Assembly: GCA_039208735.1 (NCBI GenBank)
Contig: JBCCQY010000006.1
Location: 32,001 to 96,000, forward strand
From: Myxococcota bacterium
Lineage (GTDB): Bacteria; Myxococcota_A; UBA796; GCA-2862545
Length of the DNA stretch: 64,000 nt
Direction of reading: 5' to 3'
In this document: piece after piece, positions 10,549 to 20,368 of the stretch
Position numbering within the stretch: the first letter of the stretch is position 1
Layout: each line of letters opens with the position of its first letter
Made by a program: the position numbers and the translations under genes
The notes under the pieces: generated by a model
Seen by the model: the letters and a program-made list of their open reading frames with translations, nothing else
Databases searched by the model: none
What the model was told of the DNA's origin: nothing

Positions 10549-11751
10549 GTGAGCTACGATGAAACAACGGAACCGGGGAATTCAGGCGGCCCGTGGGATC
10601 CCGACGAGAATACCGAGCCGTCGCTCCGACCACGTCAGGATCGTCTCCGGCGTAGCCGTTTGAAAACGGCATTGCTCATTGGCATTCCGCTGCTGGCAGG
10701 GGCCCTGGTGGGTACCGTAGGGGGATGGACCCTCAAGCCGGACGTGATTCGAGAGGTCGTCGTTCCTGGCAAGCCGGCTCCCCCGCCCCCGGGCCTCCAA
10801 GAGGAACTCGAGGAGGCCAACGCAAGGGTCGACGTCCTGGAAGAAGAGGTTGAGGAACGGGCCGTTCGGGTTCAGGAACTCGAAGCGCAACTCGCGCAAC
10901 CCAACGACAAGGTCCAGGAACTCGAAGCTGCGTTGAAGGTCGCCAAGGTGGACCTTCACCGGGCCAGGAAGGAGCTTGATGGGGCCGTGCAGGAACTCGA
11001 GGAGGCCGAAGGCCGGCTCACAGCTGCAGAGCAGGCGAATGTCGAGGTTACCGCCGAACTGGTGAAGGCTCAGGGAGAATTGTCGGACGTCAAGGGAGCG
11101 CTTTCCGATCAGCGAACGGAGAAGCGGCGTATCGCAGACGAACTCGCCCGCAGTCAATGGCGCCAGTTCGTGGTGGCCTCCCAACTTCGCATCTGCGACC
11201 GGGGTTCGAAAATCCAGGTTCAGGAGTGTCGAACGGCCGTCGAAGCTGCGCTGAGGACCACCTCTCGACGGAACCGGTTCCTCGGTTGTCTGCAGAACCG
11301 AGAAGAGCGTACGAATGTGCAGCCCATCGGTCCGGATGGTGTCGTGCCGGACTTTGCCGAGGTTGTTGACCCGAACGACAAGCGACTGAACGGCTGGTTC
11401 ATCGCGTTTTGCGACCGCACGCTCCCGAATCCCTCGTTTGATCCTGGACCTGACGACGCACCTCCCGAGGGGGAAGCCTCGAGAGATTCGGTTCTGCTTT
11501 CATCTCAGGGCCTGCAGGCCGTCCGAATCGCGACCTCTCCCCCAGGGGCCACCATCATCGTCGATGGCACAGAACGTGGGAAGACCCCAGTCAAGCTGAT
11601 GCTAAGCCCCGAGTCCCACCGCATCGCGCTTAAGCTCGATGGAGCGTCGGCGCGATTCACCTTGTTTCCAAGAGAAGAACAGGCGCTCTGCTTCACCAAA
11701 GTCGACGATCGACTTACGAAGTCTGGCTGTGACTCAACGCCTCGTCGTTGA
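10549..11751 (+). CDS. Single-pass membrane protein with coiled coil and C-terminal PEGA domain (start uncertain: 10495 or 10549)
   Basis: One TM segment, long heptad-rich region, TSPPGATIIVDG...GKTP PEGA motif. Confidence 0.75.
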   Translation: MSYDETTEPGNSGGPWDPDENTEPSLRPRQDRLRRSRLKTALLIGIPLLAGALVGTVGGWTLKPDVIREVVVPGKPAPPPPGLQEELEEANARVDVLEEEVEERAVRVQELEAQLAQPNDKVQELEAALKVAKVDLHRARKELDGAVQELEEAEGRLTAAEQANVEVTAELVKAQGELSDVKGALSDQRTEKRRIADELARSQWRQFVVASQLRICDRGSKIQVQECRTAVEAALRTTSRRNRFLGCLQNREERTNVQPIGPDGVVPDFAEVVDPNDKRLNGWFIAFCDRTLPNPSFDPGPDDAPPEGEASRDSVLLSSQGLQAVRIATSPPGATIIVDGTERGKTPVKLMLSPESHRIALKLDGASARFTLFPREEQALCFTKVDDRLTKSGCDSTPRR

Positions 11752-11800
11752 TGGATACGCGTTTCGAGCCTTGTCCTGGTAGATTGACGAATTTGGAGGG

Positions 11801-12418
11801 TCAGTCCTTTTCGGACCGCAGCCGCCGGACCAAACGGATGGGTACGGTCCGCTCCGAACCATCTTCCATGACGAGAATGCAGGTTTGTTTCTTGGACGGC
11901 ATCTCGGTTTCGAACCAAAACAGGCCGTTCCGGATGCCGCATTCGCCGCGAAACATGAGTCCCGGCACGTCCGGATGATCAGATTCGCGCAAGCGTTGCT
12001 TGCGGCGGTTCTGATTTTGCGAAAGCGAAGCTTGCTGCAGGTTAACGCGAAAGACTGCTTTGTAGATGTCGACGCGCTCGAGCAAGGCGACCCCGTCCCA
12101 GATGTTCTCGTCTGGGACGTAGGCGCGTACCGGCCGCATTCGAACCACGCCACCCTCCGGTCCGCACTCGATCGGAGGCGGCTTGTCGGGCCACTCAGGC
12201 TGACCCAACGTGAGGCACACGGTCATCCAGCCGTTTTCCACCGTACATTCGACGTCGAAGTCCGGCATTTGGGTGTGCGATTGGGTCGGCTCCGCGTCGA
12301 GCTGGAACACAAGACACACCCGATCGGGCTCGTTGGGGTACACGCGGGTGGCGGGAAAGGGCACGTCGAGTTCGGTCGTGGGAGGGCCCGCCAGAGCTGC
12401 GGCTGCCAATCCGATCAT
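11801..12418 (-). CDS. Hypothetical secreted protein
   Basis: ATG 12418 overlaps the upstream stop (ATGA); signal-like MIGLAAAALA. Confidence 0.65.
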   Translation of the reverse strand: MIGLAAAALAGPPTTELDVPFPATRVYPNEPDRVCLVFQLDAEPTQSHTQMPDFDVECTVENGWMTVCLTLGQPEWPDKPPPIECGPEGGVVRMRPVRAYVPDENIWDGVALLERVDIYKAVFRVNLQQASLSQNQNRRKQRLRESDHPDVPGLMFRGECGIRNGLFWFETEMPSKKQTCILVMEDGSERTVPIRLVRRLRSEKD

Positions 12419-13476
12419 GGTGTGACCTCTGGGATGAGAAATGCCCAGGGAGGAACGTGTGATCGATCCGTATTGGGAAGGCTGACTTGTTCGGTTGAGC
12501 CGAGTTCGACGGACTCCCCGTCGGCCAACCGTCGGAGCTGTCCGGACCGAATCTGTCGAATGGACCCTGTCCCAAGGACGGTCCACCGTCGTTCGGCCAG
12601 AAGCTGCGTGTGCGCATCGAGGGTCGCTTCGGCCTGAAGATCCAGCCAGCCCATGTAGGTCGGCCGGGCGCGTTTGCCGTCTCCGATGCGAGGTAGGCGC
12701 GGGACGTCGAAGACCGCGGTGATCGACTTGCCCACGGTCTTGGCGCCTCGCCAGGTCGTTCGCCGATGTTCGAAACGCGTTCGCGGCGGGGTCAGAACGT
12801 GCTTCTTGATGCGGCTTGCCGTCCGGACGGCCCAGGTCGCGTTCTTGGACACGAGTTCGTGGACCGCAGGGTCGGGATAGAGGGTCGCCTTGCGGAGGTG
12901 GAGGTCAAGGAGTGGCTCATTTTGAGTTTGCCATTGAGCCCCTAAACGCCACCCATCTGGCGGCGCAGGCAAATGGAACCCGCTGAAGGCATCGCCGAGC
13001 AGGGTGGCTGAGAGTTCTGCAGGGCCGATCTGGGGATCGGCCAGGACGACCCACCCCGGAGCGGGGAATTCCACCAGAACGGGCGTCGATCGAAGCTGAG
13101 CCTGCACCTGTTGCAACGTCCGATCGATGCGAAGCCGGTCCGCTGGTCGTTGCCAATGGTCGTAGGTGGCGAGTCGAAGGGCGACGTCCTCCACCCGACA
13201 CCACGCCGCGCTGGGTCGTTCCGTGTCAGCCCTGCAGTCGACTACGGCTTCGATCTGCCACGCTGGTGTGACGAATTCACGTTGCTGATGTTGGATGACC
13301 AGCGGTGCATTGACCTCGACGGTCTCACTCGCCACCCACCATCGACCCTCGATCCAATCGGGACCTGAAGCGGAAGGAGGAGCCGCGAATCCAACGACGG
13401 AAAACATCCACCACATGACCAGCCCCAACGGGTTTCCTCTTGTCTTGTGTTGCAGGGGCTGCCGCTGTTCACTCAT
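12415..13476 (-). CDS. Hypothetical secreted protein (start may be MWWMF, about 13416)
   Basis: 353-aa ORF with a signal-like segment; coupled to the downstream gene. Confidence 0.6.
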   Translation of the reverse strand: MSEQRQPLQHKTRGNPLGLVMWWMFSVVGFAAPPSASGPDWIEGRWWVASETVEVNAPLVIQHQQREFVTPAWQIEAVVDCRADTERPSAAWCRVEDVALRLATYDHWQRPADRLRIDRTLQQVQAQLRSTPVLVEFPAPGWVVLADPQIGPAELSATLLGDAFSGFHLPAPPDGWRLGAQWQTQNEPLLDLHLRKATLYPDPAVHELVSKNATWAVRTASRIKKHVLTPPRTRFEHRRTTWRGAKTVGKSITAVFDVPRLPRIGDGKRARPTYMGWLDLQAEATLDAHTQLLAERRWTVLGTGSIRQIRSGQLRRLADGESVELGSTEQVSLPNTDRSHVPPWAFLIPEVTP

Positions 13477-13636
13477 TGCGCTTCCACCCGGCGGATGGGA
13501 TGATCAGCGGCAAGCGAAGCTTGCGCGAGTCTGATCACCGCTGGTCTTCGTCGCTACGCGCCTGCAAGCTGAAATGCGAAAGTGCCACAACGACAAGGCC
13601 ACTCAGGTTAGGCCCACGGCTCATCATGAGGTGTGG

Positions 13637-15820
13637 ATGATCTGGCGTTGGTTCGTGGCACTCGGAGGGCTTGTGGGATGTGACGACCCGGCACCTCCGA
13701 TTCTCGCCTTCGAGTCTGGTACGACGAGTGAACTTGGTCCGTTGCACCTCCGGGGCCCTTCTGAAGACCTTCTCGTCTTTGGCTTCGACGAGGAGTTGGG
13801 CTTCGAGGCGCTGATTGAGGAGCGACTGGAATCCACCGAGATTGCGGATGTGATCATCGATGACCAGGTTCTTGATGGGGAAACGGCCATTCGGCTTGGC
13901 GGGGAGGTCGGAACCCTGGCCATCGAGATCGATCGGCCTGAACTCGTAGGACGCCGGACTGAGTTTCGATTTTGGCAGCGGCCAGAAGGTACCCGGATCG
14001 AGGCCCAACTGCACTGGATCGTGGGCGACGTACCGGTCGAAGAGGATCTATGGGCTCCCTTCGTCCTTTCGGCGTTGCGGCAGCAAGGGCGGATCGTCAA
14101 TCTCGGTGTGATCGAGTTTCTGCCCACAGGGCGCCGGACCCCTCAAGGATGGGAGGAGTGGACCTCGGGGCCCGTCGACTTTGCATTTGGTGGGGTGGCC
14201 CATCTCACGCCGCTCCTCGTGTTTCGTGATGTTGCCATGGACCACGCTTCGCGGACTGGTGGCGTGATTCGGACCAGCCGGACCGCGGTGTTGGATGCGT
14301 TGCAAGTCGTCGACCTTGGCAAAGCCGCCGTCCCGGAGCGAACCTGCCGCCTCGCCGACGAGGCATCTCGCTGTGGCCGCAAAGGCGCCTGTGCGCTCGG
14401 TCGATGCGTAGATGCCGCCGCCCGCTTTGGGCGCTTTCCGAGCGATGAGGGGGTTCGTACCGACCTGTCCGAGCGTCGGGCCCGGGAGCTCGACCATTGG
14501 TCGGGGTCTCGCCAGCCTCGCGACGAGACCTTGGCCGAATCCGTTGAAGCCATTCGGGACTTGGGGGCGCCCCGGACGACCGCACGAACGTGGTGGCTCG
14601 AAATTGCCGCGGCGTTTCGTGACCTGCAAGACGGCCACAGCGTGCATGGTCGTTCTCTGGCCCCCTACGGGAGTGGCGGCCTTTGCCTCGACCTCGGCGA
14701 GGCGGATCTGCTCCGGCTCGAAGAGCCGCATCCCTTGGTGACCCACCACTTCGGCACGGCCCCCTGGGAGGGGGTCATCGCACTGGGTGACGTTCTCGTA
14801 GAAGTCGATGGCGAACCTGCCAACCGCTGGCTCGAAGACCACTCCACCCCTCTCGTGGGGAGCACTGGCCGGTCGGGCTTTCAGCAGGTTTCGGACGTGA
14901 CGCGGAGCATGTCGGCCGCGGTGGCTGCGGGATCGTTGTTGACCTTCGAGCGCTGTCCGAACGTGGCGCCTTGCGAGGATACGGCACGGCGCGTAGAGGT
15001 CGATCTTGCCGAGGTGGCCGCTGGAGTCTGGGAACCGGACGCCGAGATTCCGCCCCTCCTTGTGCCTCCCCCTCGTGCGTGTGACCACCGGCTGGATCCA
15101 GTCGTCGCCAACGATGAATCGCGGGCTCGGCAGACGTTCGACTTCGGCCGCAGACGTCGGGTTCCCGTCCTTCAGCTGAATGGCTTCGCCGACCCCTTCG
15201 TCGCTGACGTCGTCCTAGGTGCGGTGGAAGACGCTTTGGTGATCGATGCTCGCGCCGGGGCTGGAGGCAGCATCTTGGCCGAACTGTCCTTGGCGGGGCT
15301 CTTCACGTCGGAAGCCGACATGCTGGGCATCCGCTTTGACCCGTGGTTCGAGCGCCAACCGGACGAGGCCAAGTTGGCGGCATGCGTACGAGACGGTGAT
15401 TGGTGCTTTGGAAGTGATTATTTCGGGTTCGAGATTAGTGTCTCCGAGCTTGCTGTCCTTCGCGACATCGATGTCGTGTTGCTGAACCACCGTGCGGTCT
15501 CCGCCAACGATCTGCTTTCGTTGCACCTTCAGGAGCGATGCACCGGTGACCCTGCGACCTGCGGAACCACCACCTTGATTGGGGGCGCGGACAGTGCCGG
15601 CGGCTTCTCGCCTCCTCTGACCGGACCGGGCTACCTCGGCAGCGACCGCGGTGCGGGGTTGACGCCCTATGACACGAAGCTGATCTACAGCGAGGAATTG
15701 GCGAGCGACTATCTGGTTGGAACGCCCGTCATGATGGACGAATATGTCCTGCAGACCCAGAGTGACGCCATGAACGGCGTGGACACCCAGCTCGAAGCTG
15801 CCCTGGAGGCCATCCCATGA
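13637..15820 (+). CDS. Lipoprotein with S41-family peptidase-like C-terminal half and PDZ-like insert
   Basis: Lipobox LVGC; LQDGHS, GDVLVEVDG, LVIDARAGAGG and VLLNHRAVSAND match the S41 motif order. Confidence 0.7.
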   Translation: MIWRWFVALGGLVGCDDPAPPILAFESGTTSELGPLHLRGPSEDLLVFGFDEELGFEALIEERLESTEIADVIIDDQVLDGETAIRLGGEVGTLAIEIDRPELVGRRTEFRFWQRPEGTRIEAQLHWIVGDVPVEEDLWAPFVLSALRQQGRIVNLGVIEFLPTGRRTPQGWEEWTSGPVDFAFGGVAHLTPLLVFRDVAMDHASRTGGVIRTSRTAVLDALQVVDLGKAAVPERTCRLADEASRCGRKGACALGRCVDAAARFGRFPSDEGVRTDLSERRARELDHWSGSRQPRDETLAESVEAIRDLGAPRTTARTWWLEIAAAFRDLQDGHSVHGRSLAPYGSGGLCLDLGEADLLRLEEPHPLVTHHFGTAPWEGVIALGDVLVEVDGEPANRWLEDHSTPLVGSTGRSGFQQVSDVTRSMSAAVAAGSLLTFERCPNVAPCEDTARRVEVDLAEVAAGVWEPDAEIPPLLVPPPRACDHRLDPVVANDESRARQTFDFGRRRRVPVLQLNGFADPFVADVVLGAVEDALVIDARAGAGGSILAELSLAGLFTSEADMLGIRFDPWFERQPDEAKLAACVRDGDWCFGSDYFGFEISVSELAVLRDIDVVLLNHRAVSANDLLSLHLQERCTGDPATCGTTTLIGGADSAGGFSPPLTGPGYLGSDRGAGLTPYDTKLIYSEELASDYLVGTPVMMDEYVLQTQSDAMNGVDTQLEAALEAIP

Positions 15821-16473
15821 GCCGTCTACCCTGGATCCTGGCTCTGCTGATTGCGTGTGGCCGCGACCCTCATACCGATTTTGTTACCCCGCAAGGCGCA
15901 CTCGATTTGGGCACGGGGTTGGAAACCGAGGGGCCCATCGATAATCTGGTACTAAACCCAAATTTCACGTTGCCGATTTTCGTTAATGGGGTCGGCGTAA
16001 CCTCCTTTACCTGGGACATCGTCCACGACGTCGACACCCCAAACGGTCAGCCTGCGATCGACGCCAGTAGTTCGACGACCCTGTTGTTCCGTATGGTGAG
16101 AAGCCCCATGCAGGCCGAGGTGTGGATCTCGGGCACGGTCGCGAAGCCTACGCTTGAACAGGGCGTGGTTCTCTTCACCGATATCGAGACGCTCGAAGAT
16201 CAGGAAGTCGAGCTTCTTCCTTCGGAAGAGCGCATTATCCGGGGTCGACGGTGGACTCGTTATTCCGCTGGCCTTCCGCCTGGAGACGGGCATGGCATGA
16301 TCGTGATTCCGGGCATCGAAGGAGAGGACCCCCGAATTTGTGCCCCTGTTGTGCGAGTGACCGACGGAGAGGACGGTTTGACGGGCGCGCGCGTGTTGCC
16401 GAGTCGGCCCGCGGCTCCCCGGTGGCGCTCGCTGTACCGCAGCCATCGACCGACCGAGTTGGGGCTTGAGTGA
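15817..16473 (+). CDS. Hypothetical lipoprotein
   Basis: ATGA overlap with the upstream gene; lipobox LIAC. Confidence 0.7.
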   Translation: MSRLPWILALLIACGRDPHTDFVTPQGALDLGTGLETEGPIDNLVLNPNFTLPIFVNGVGVTSFTWDIVHDVDTPNGQPAIDASSSTTLLFRMVRSPMQAEVWISGTVAKPTLEQGVVLFTDIETLEDQEVELLPSEERIIRGRRWTRYSAGLPPGDGHGMIVIPGIEGEDPRICAPVVRVTDGEDGLTGARVLPSRPAAPRWRSLYRSHRPTELGLE

Positions 16474-17001
16474 GCAGGCCAATCAAGGGACCCATCGCAA
16501 TCCGCTTTGCGCCTCCGCAGAACGTGGGCCAGCCGCACTTTGTCGATGGGGGCACCATTCGGTTCTTGGGACCCAGCACGGTTGAGGTCACGGGGCGTGT
16601 GGATGGAAGGCGGGGCTTCCTTCGACGCCAGCGGCTTCTCCTCGCCCTTCTGGTGCCACCTCCGTTGCTGCTCGTCGGGGGCGTTGACCGTGCTGTTGGT
16701 TCAGTACGGTGACGTTGACGATTTCCTGTATGTCGGGCCGATCCTCGTGTCGGGCGCGTTCGCAGGTGCGGCTTGGATCCTCCGAATGCGGCCGCCGGTG
16801 TGCCGAATTCGCTTCGACGACATTGGGCCGTTGCACGTGGTGGACCTGTACGCATCGGGCGGCGGCGCAATGTCGGGCGGTATCCCTACCGATTACCCGC
16901 TTCTGGTTTCGTTTGCGCCGGCGCGTGCGTCGGCCGATGATCCACCTCACGTTAGGTTCGAGGTGGATCGGGCGGCGTTTCGGGGCGTGCCACGAAGCTA
17001 G
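16470..17001 (+). pseudogene. Two-TM membrane protein split by a +1 frameshift (real or sequencing error)
   Basis: Removing one G from GGGGG at 16677-16681 joins LLALLVPPPLLLVG to ALTVLLVQYG in one ORF; GTGA overlap with the upstream gene. Confidence 0.6.
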
Positions 17002-18716
17002 GGGTGCAGGTACCGGAGCAGCAATCCGTCGTCCAGAGCAGCAACGTTGCAGCTATACTCGAGGGCAAATGGACCCAGGGCTTGGCCCTGAAGTCCGGCG
17101 GTGGCATTTCCGCCGTTCGAGAAGATCCCCCCGGCGTTGCCATCGACGTAGCAAACTTCGAGGTCGCCCGATTCTCGAACCACGGCTCTCACGTCGATGG
17201 TCGAGCCGTCGGCATGGGGAACGCGCCACTGCACAGCGAATTGTCGTTCGGGTGCCAATCCGGTGGACCGAACCCATACATCGCCTCTCGACGGTTCCAA
17301 CTCATCCCACCAGGCAAACAACGTACGGCGCGGTAGCGCCCCCGGGAGGCAGACGTTTCCTGCCGCAAGCGGACCGTTGTTCTCGAACGAGAGCGCCCCC
17401 CTACTTTCGACGAACACCGATGAAACGCGCTTGCCATACACGTCGACTTCGAAGCCGAGCGGTACCTCCACATTCCCGCCCGTGGGAAGATCGAGGCGGT
17501 CATTGGCCGTCAGGTTGGGGCACGGCAGGTTGGCCGGCCTCTCTTCGCACAGCGTGTACCCAAATCCGTCTCGCCCAAGGACGGTGCAGCCTTCCTGATC
17601 GTGACTGGCCGCGATGCAGTTCGGATCGTTTGGAAAGTCGGCCTGCCCATCGCCATCGTTGTCGACTCCATCTGCACAGCCCGGAGGCACGAACGGGTCG
17701 TCTTCGGTGGTATCGTCCGGGGTGGCGCACCCGGGCTCCCTCGGCCAGTCGGTGAGGCCATCGCCGTCGTTGTCGAGCCCATCCGAGCAGGCTTGATGCG
17801 CAGCTCCGCATTGCTCGACGAATTCAACGGTCAAGAGTTGGGTGACCGCATCGGTCCAAATCGTTCGACTCGTGGTGTCGTACATCCATGCATCGACTTC
17901 GATTCCGTCGTCTCGAACGTCCATCGTCGAAATCGCGGGGATGCCGTCGATCGGGAACTGGTTCGTATTGCCAGGAGGAAACACTTCAATGGACAAGGGG
18001 CCAATGCACGCGTCACAGCCATCAGGGACGCCATCGAAGTCGCTGTCCACGCTATCATCGGAGTCTGGGCACCGATCGCATGTATCAACGATGCCGTCCT
18101 CATCAGTGTCTGGACCGTTCACAAGCACACAGACGTCACAGGCATCGGGAACTCGGTCCGCGTCGATGTCTGGACCCAGGGTCATGCAAGAATCACAGGC
18201 GTCGGGCACCCCATCGCCATCGGCATCCTGGGCGTCGTCTCCCCCTAGACAGGCATCACACCCATCCGGAATCCCGTCCGCATCCAGATCGTCGAAGGGA
18301 GGTTGTCCGCACACCCCCGTGGCTGTCAGCCGAACGTCGAGTTCCTCCTCTGCCTGGGTGATTCGAAGCCGAGCCTCAGCGCTTGCATAGTCGAGCGCAT
18401 CGATGTCGAGTTCCACGACTGCGCTGTCGCCAACGCCAAGCGTCAAGGGTTGGCGGGGACTCAAGATGCGGAACGTGACCGCATCGCCCAAGGGCTCGAC
18501 GGTGGGGGCATCCAGCTGAATGGACGCTTCGCACCGATTGAAGACCGTGACGGAACCTTCCTCCGCCACGCCCACGACGACTTCTCCAAAGTCGAGCGCG
18601 ACCTGGGGGGTCTCGAGGCAGTCGCTGAGGTCGACCTCAGTACCCGGCGGTGGCTCGGGCTCTTGGGACCGGCAAGCGATGAGCCCCAAGACGAGGCATC
18701 CCCAAATACGAAGCAT
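16998..18716 (-). CDS. Surface lipoprotein: Ig-like domain + 5 TSP3-like repeats + C-terminal module shared with 2469..4937
   Basis: Lipobox LIAC; LDFGEVVVG...VTVFN Ig-like start; C-terminus clearly alignable to the paralogue (LRYLHP vs LRFQHP). Confidence 0.8.
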   Translation of the reverse strand: MLRIWGCLVLGLIACRSQEPEPPPGTEVDLSDCLETPQVALDFGEVVVGVAEEGSVTVFNRCEASIQLDAPTVEPLGDAVTFRILSPRQPLTLGVGDSAVVELDIDALDYASAEARLRITQAEEELDVRLTATGVCGQPPFDDLDADGIPDGCDACLGGDDAQDADGDGVPDACDSCMTLGPDIDADRVPDACDVCVLVNGPDTDEDGIVDTCDRCPDSDDSVDSDFDGVPDGCDACIGPLSIEVFPPGNTNQFPIDGIPAISTMDVRDDGIEVDAWMYDTTSRTIWTDAVTQLLTVEFVEQCGAAHQACSDGLDNDGDGLTDWPREPGCATPDDTTEDDPFVPPGCADGVDNDGDGQADFPNDPNCIAASHDQEGCTVLGRDGFGYTLCEERPANLPCPNLTANDRLDLPTGGNVEVPLGFEVDVYGKRVSSVFVESRGALSFENNGPLAAGNVCLPGALPRRTLFAWWDELEPSRGDVWVRSTGLAPERQFAVQWRVPHADGSTIDVRAVVRESGDLEVCYVDGNAGGIFSNGGNATAGLQGQALGPFALEYSCNVAALDDGLLLRYLHP

Positions 18717-18798
18717 CACGTTCTCCCTGCGATTGACGAGAGAATACCTAAGGGGATTCCTCACGTCTACCGTCTCGAGGGCCTCCCCCCGGGCCGGA

Positions 18799-19275
18799 TC
18801 AGGAAGAGACGCGAAGGTCCTTTTTGTACAAAACCATCGCATCCCCGTCTTCGAAATAGTCGGGGATTCGAGCCACTTCGCGATACCCGCCTCCCTCGTA
18901 GAACCGACGCGTCCCATCGTACTGGGTGGTTCCTGACGTCTCGATCAGCAACAATCGTTGGTTTTCAGAGCGAAGCTGGTCTTCGACGTAGGTCAATAAG
19001 CCCCGACCTCGGCCTGTTCCGCGTACCGTCTGCGAGACGACGATCATGGTGAGGTACCACACGCGATCGGTGGCTTCGCGTGGTTCAAAGAAGGCGACGC
19101 CGACTACTTCACCCGCTTCGTCATCGACCACCCAGCGCGCAGGCGATTGGCCTGCATCGAACCACTGTTGGGCCGAACCTGCAAGAAAGTCGTGAGCTTC
19201 TTCAGGAAACATCTGGCTGTCGATGGCCAGCCGAACCATGGCCGGGATGTCGGTTGGCTCCATCTTGCGGATCAT
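18799..19275 (-). CDS. GNAT family N-acetyltransferase
   Basis: VRGTGRGRGLL acetyl-CoA motif; TRRFYEGGGY; ARIPDYF; AGGAG RBS. Confidence 0.9.
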   Translation of the reverse strand: MIRKMEPTDIPAMVRLAIDSQMFPEEAHDFLAGSAQQWFDAGQSPARWVVDDEAGEVVGVAFFEPREATDRVWYLTMIVVSQTVRGTGRGRGLLTYVEDQLRSENQRLLLIETSGTTQYDGTRRFYEGGGYREVARIPDYFEDGDAMVLYKKDLRVSS

Positions 19276-19876
19276 CGAGCACTCCTGTGATGAGACCATC
19301 GCGGCGATGGTCGGCGTGCCCCGACGTAGCTGAAGGGGGTTTGGGGCTGCAAGTCCGACAGTTGGTCGATTCACCGCGCAGCCGGAGTACCACGGCCGCC
19401 ATCCCCCATCCCACCAACAGGAGGGCAAACGCGTCGAACCACCAGGGTGAGATGCCGAGTAACGTCGCCACTGCGAGGCCCGCCGGGGTCACACAACATA
19501 GAGCAAGGCCCGCCGCGCCCAACAGCGGCGGGACCGCAGGGCGCCACCAAGATCTACGGGGGGCTGAGTTCAGTTCGGGCAAGTCCGGAAGCCAGGAGGC
19601 GAGGAAGGCCTTGGTTCCCCTCGGTCCGCGAATGATGAGCTGGACCGGGCCTTGGTGAGCGGGAGCCCTCAGCTCGAAGTCTAGATCGCGGCAACACTGA
19701 CGTTCTGCTTCGACGAGTTCAGCCAGCGCGAGCCATGCGGTCGCATCGGGAATCTCAAACCGTACCTTCCGGTCCGTGCCCGCGACTCGAGGCCGATGGA
19801 GGACCAGCTTTTCCTTGAGCCACGCACGGCGGGAGGGGGCTTCTGAATCCGGAAGGGAACACGATGGACCTGACAT
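19202..19876 (-). CDS. Fusion of a Cys-containing soluble domain (CSL...ERQCC) and a MerF-like two-TM segment (ALCCVTP) with CxxC tail
   Basis: AGGAGG RBS; divergent from a MerR-family gene; Cys pairs visible in the translation. Confidence 0.65.
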   Translation of the reverse strand: MSGPSCSLPDSEAPSRRAWLKEKLVLHRPRVAGTDRKVRFEIPDATAWLALAELVEAERQCCRDLDFELRAPAHQGPVQLIIRGPRGTKAFLASWLPDLPELNSAPRRSWWRPAVPPLLGAAGLALCCVTPAGLAVATLLGISPWWFDAFALLLVGWGMAAVVLRLRGESTNCRTCSPKPPSATSGHADHRRDGLITGVLDDPQDGANRHPGHGSAGHRQPDVS

Positions 19877-19899
19877 CAAGCCTCCTGGGGTATGAGGCT

Positions 19900-19930
19900 A
19901 CCGTCACACTTCAAGTTCACTTTAAGTCAA
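19900..19930 (-). promoter_or_regulatory. MerR/SoxR-type promoter-operator
   Basis: Minus strand reads TTGACT-19 bp-GACGGT, with dyad ACTTCAAGT-TC-ACTTTAAGT (19908-19927) resembling the SoxR operator. Confidence 0.75.
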
Positions 19931-19939
19931 GGTCACGAG

Positions 19940-20347
19940 ATGTCCAGACGCGAGCTTCTCACGGTGGGAGATGTGGCCCAAGCCGCAGGAATGGCCCCTT
20001 CAGCCGTTCGCTATTACGAATCCATCGGGTTGTTGCCTCGGCCCGAGCGGCGCGGGGGGTGGCGTCGGTACGACCCGTCGGTGGTTGAGCGCATTCGACT
20101 CATCCAGGCCGCTACCCGGGCGGGTTTTCGCCTCGAGGAGGCAAAGATCCTCCTCGATGCCATGGATGCTGGCGATGTGAATCCGATGGCCGAGCTGGCT
20201 CGAGCCCGGTTGCCCGAACTCGAAGCGTCGCTCGCACGATTGCAGGGCATGGTGGCTCTCATGCGCATGGCTTCAGATTGTCGCTGCCCTTCGTTGGCCG
20301 ACTGTGCGGAGCTTCTGACGCAAACTCCTGACGGGCCACCACGCTGA
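19940..20347 (+). CDS. MerR family regulator, SoxR-like
   Basis: LTVGDVA...AVRYYESIGLL...RRY HTH; C-terminal CRCPSLADC. Confidence 0.9.
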   Translation: MSRRELLTVGDVAQAAGMAPSAVRYYESIGLLPRPERRGGWRRYDPSVVERIRLIQAATRAGFRLEEAKILLDAMDAGDVNPMAELARARLPELEASLARLQGMVALMRMASDCRCPSLADCAELLTQTPDGPPR

Positions 20348-20368
20348 CGAGGGCCACGGAACGAGCGT

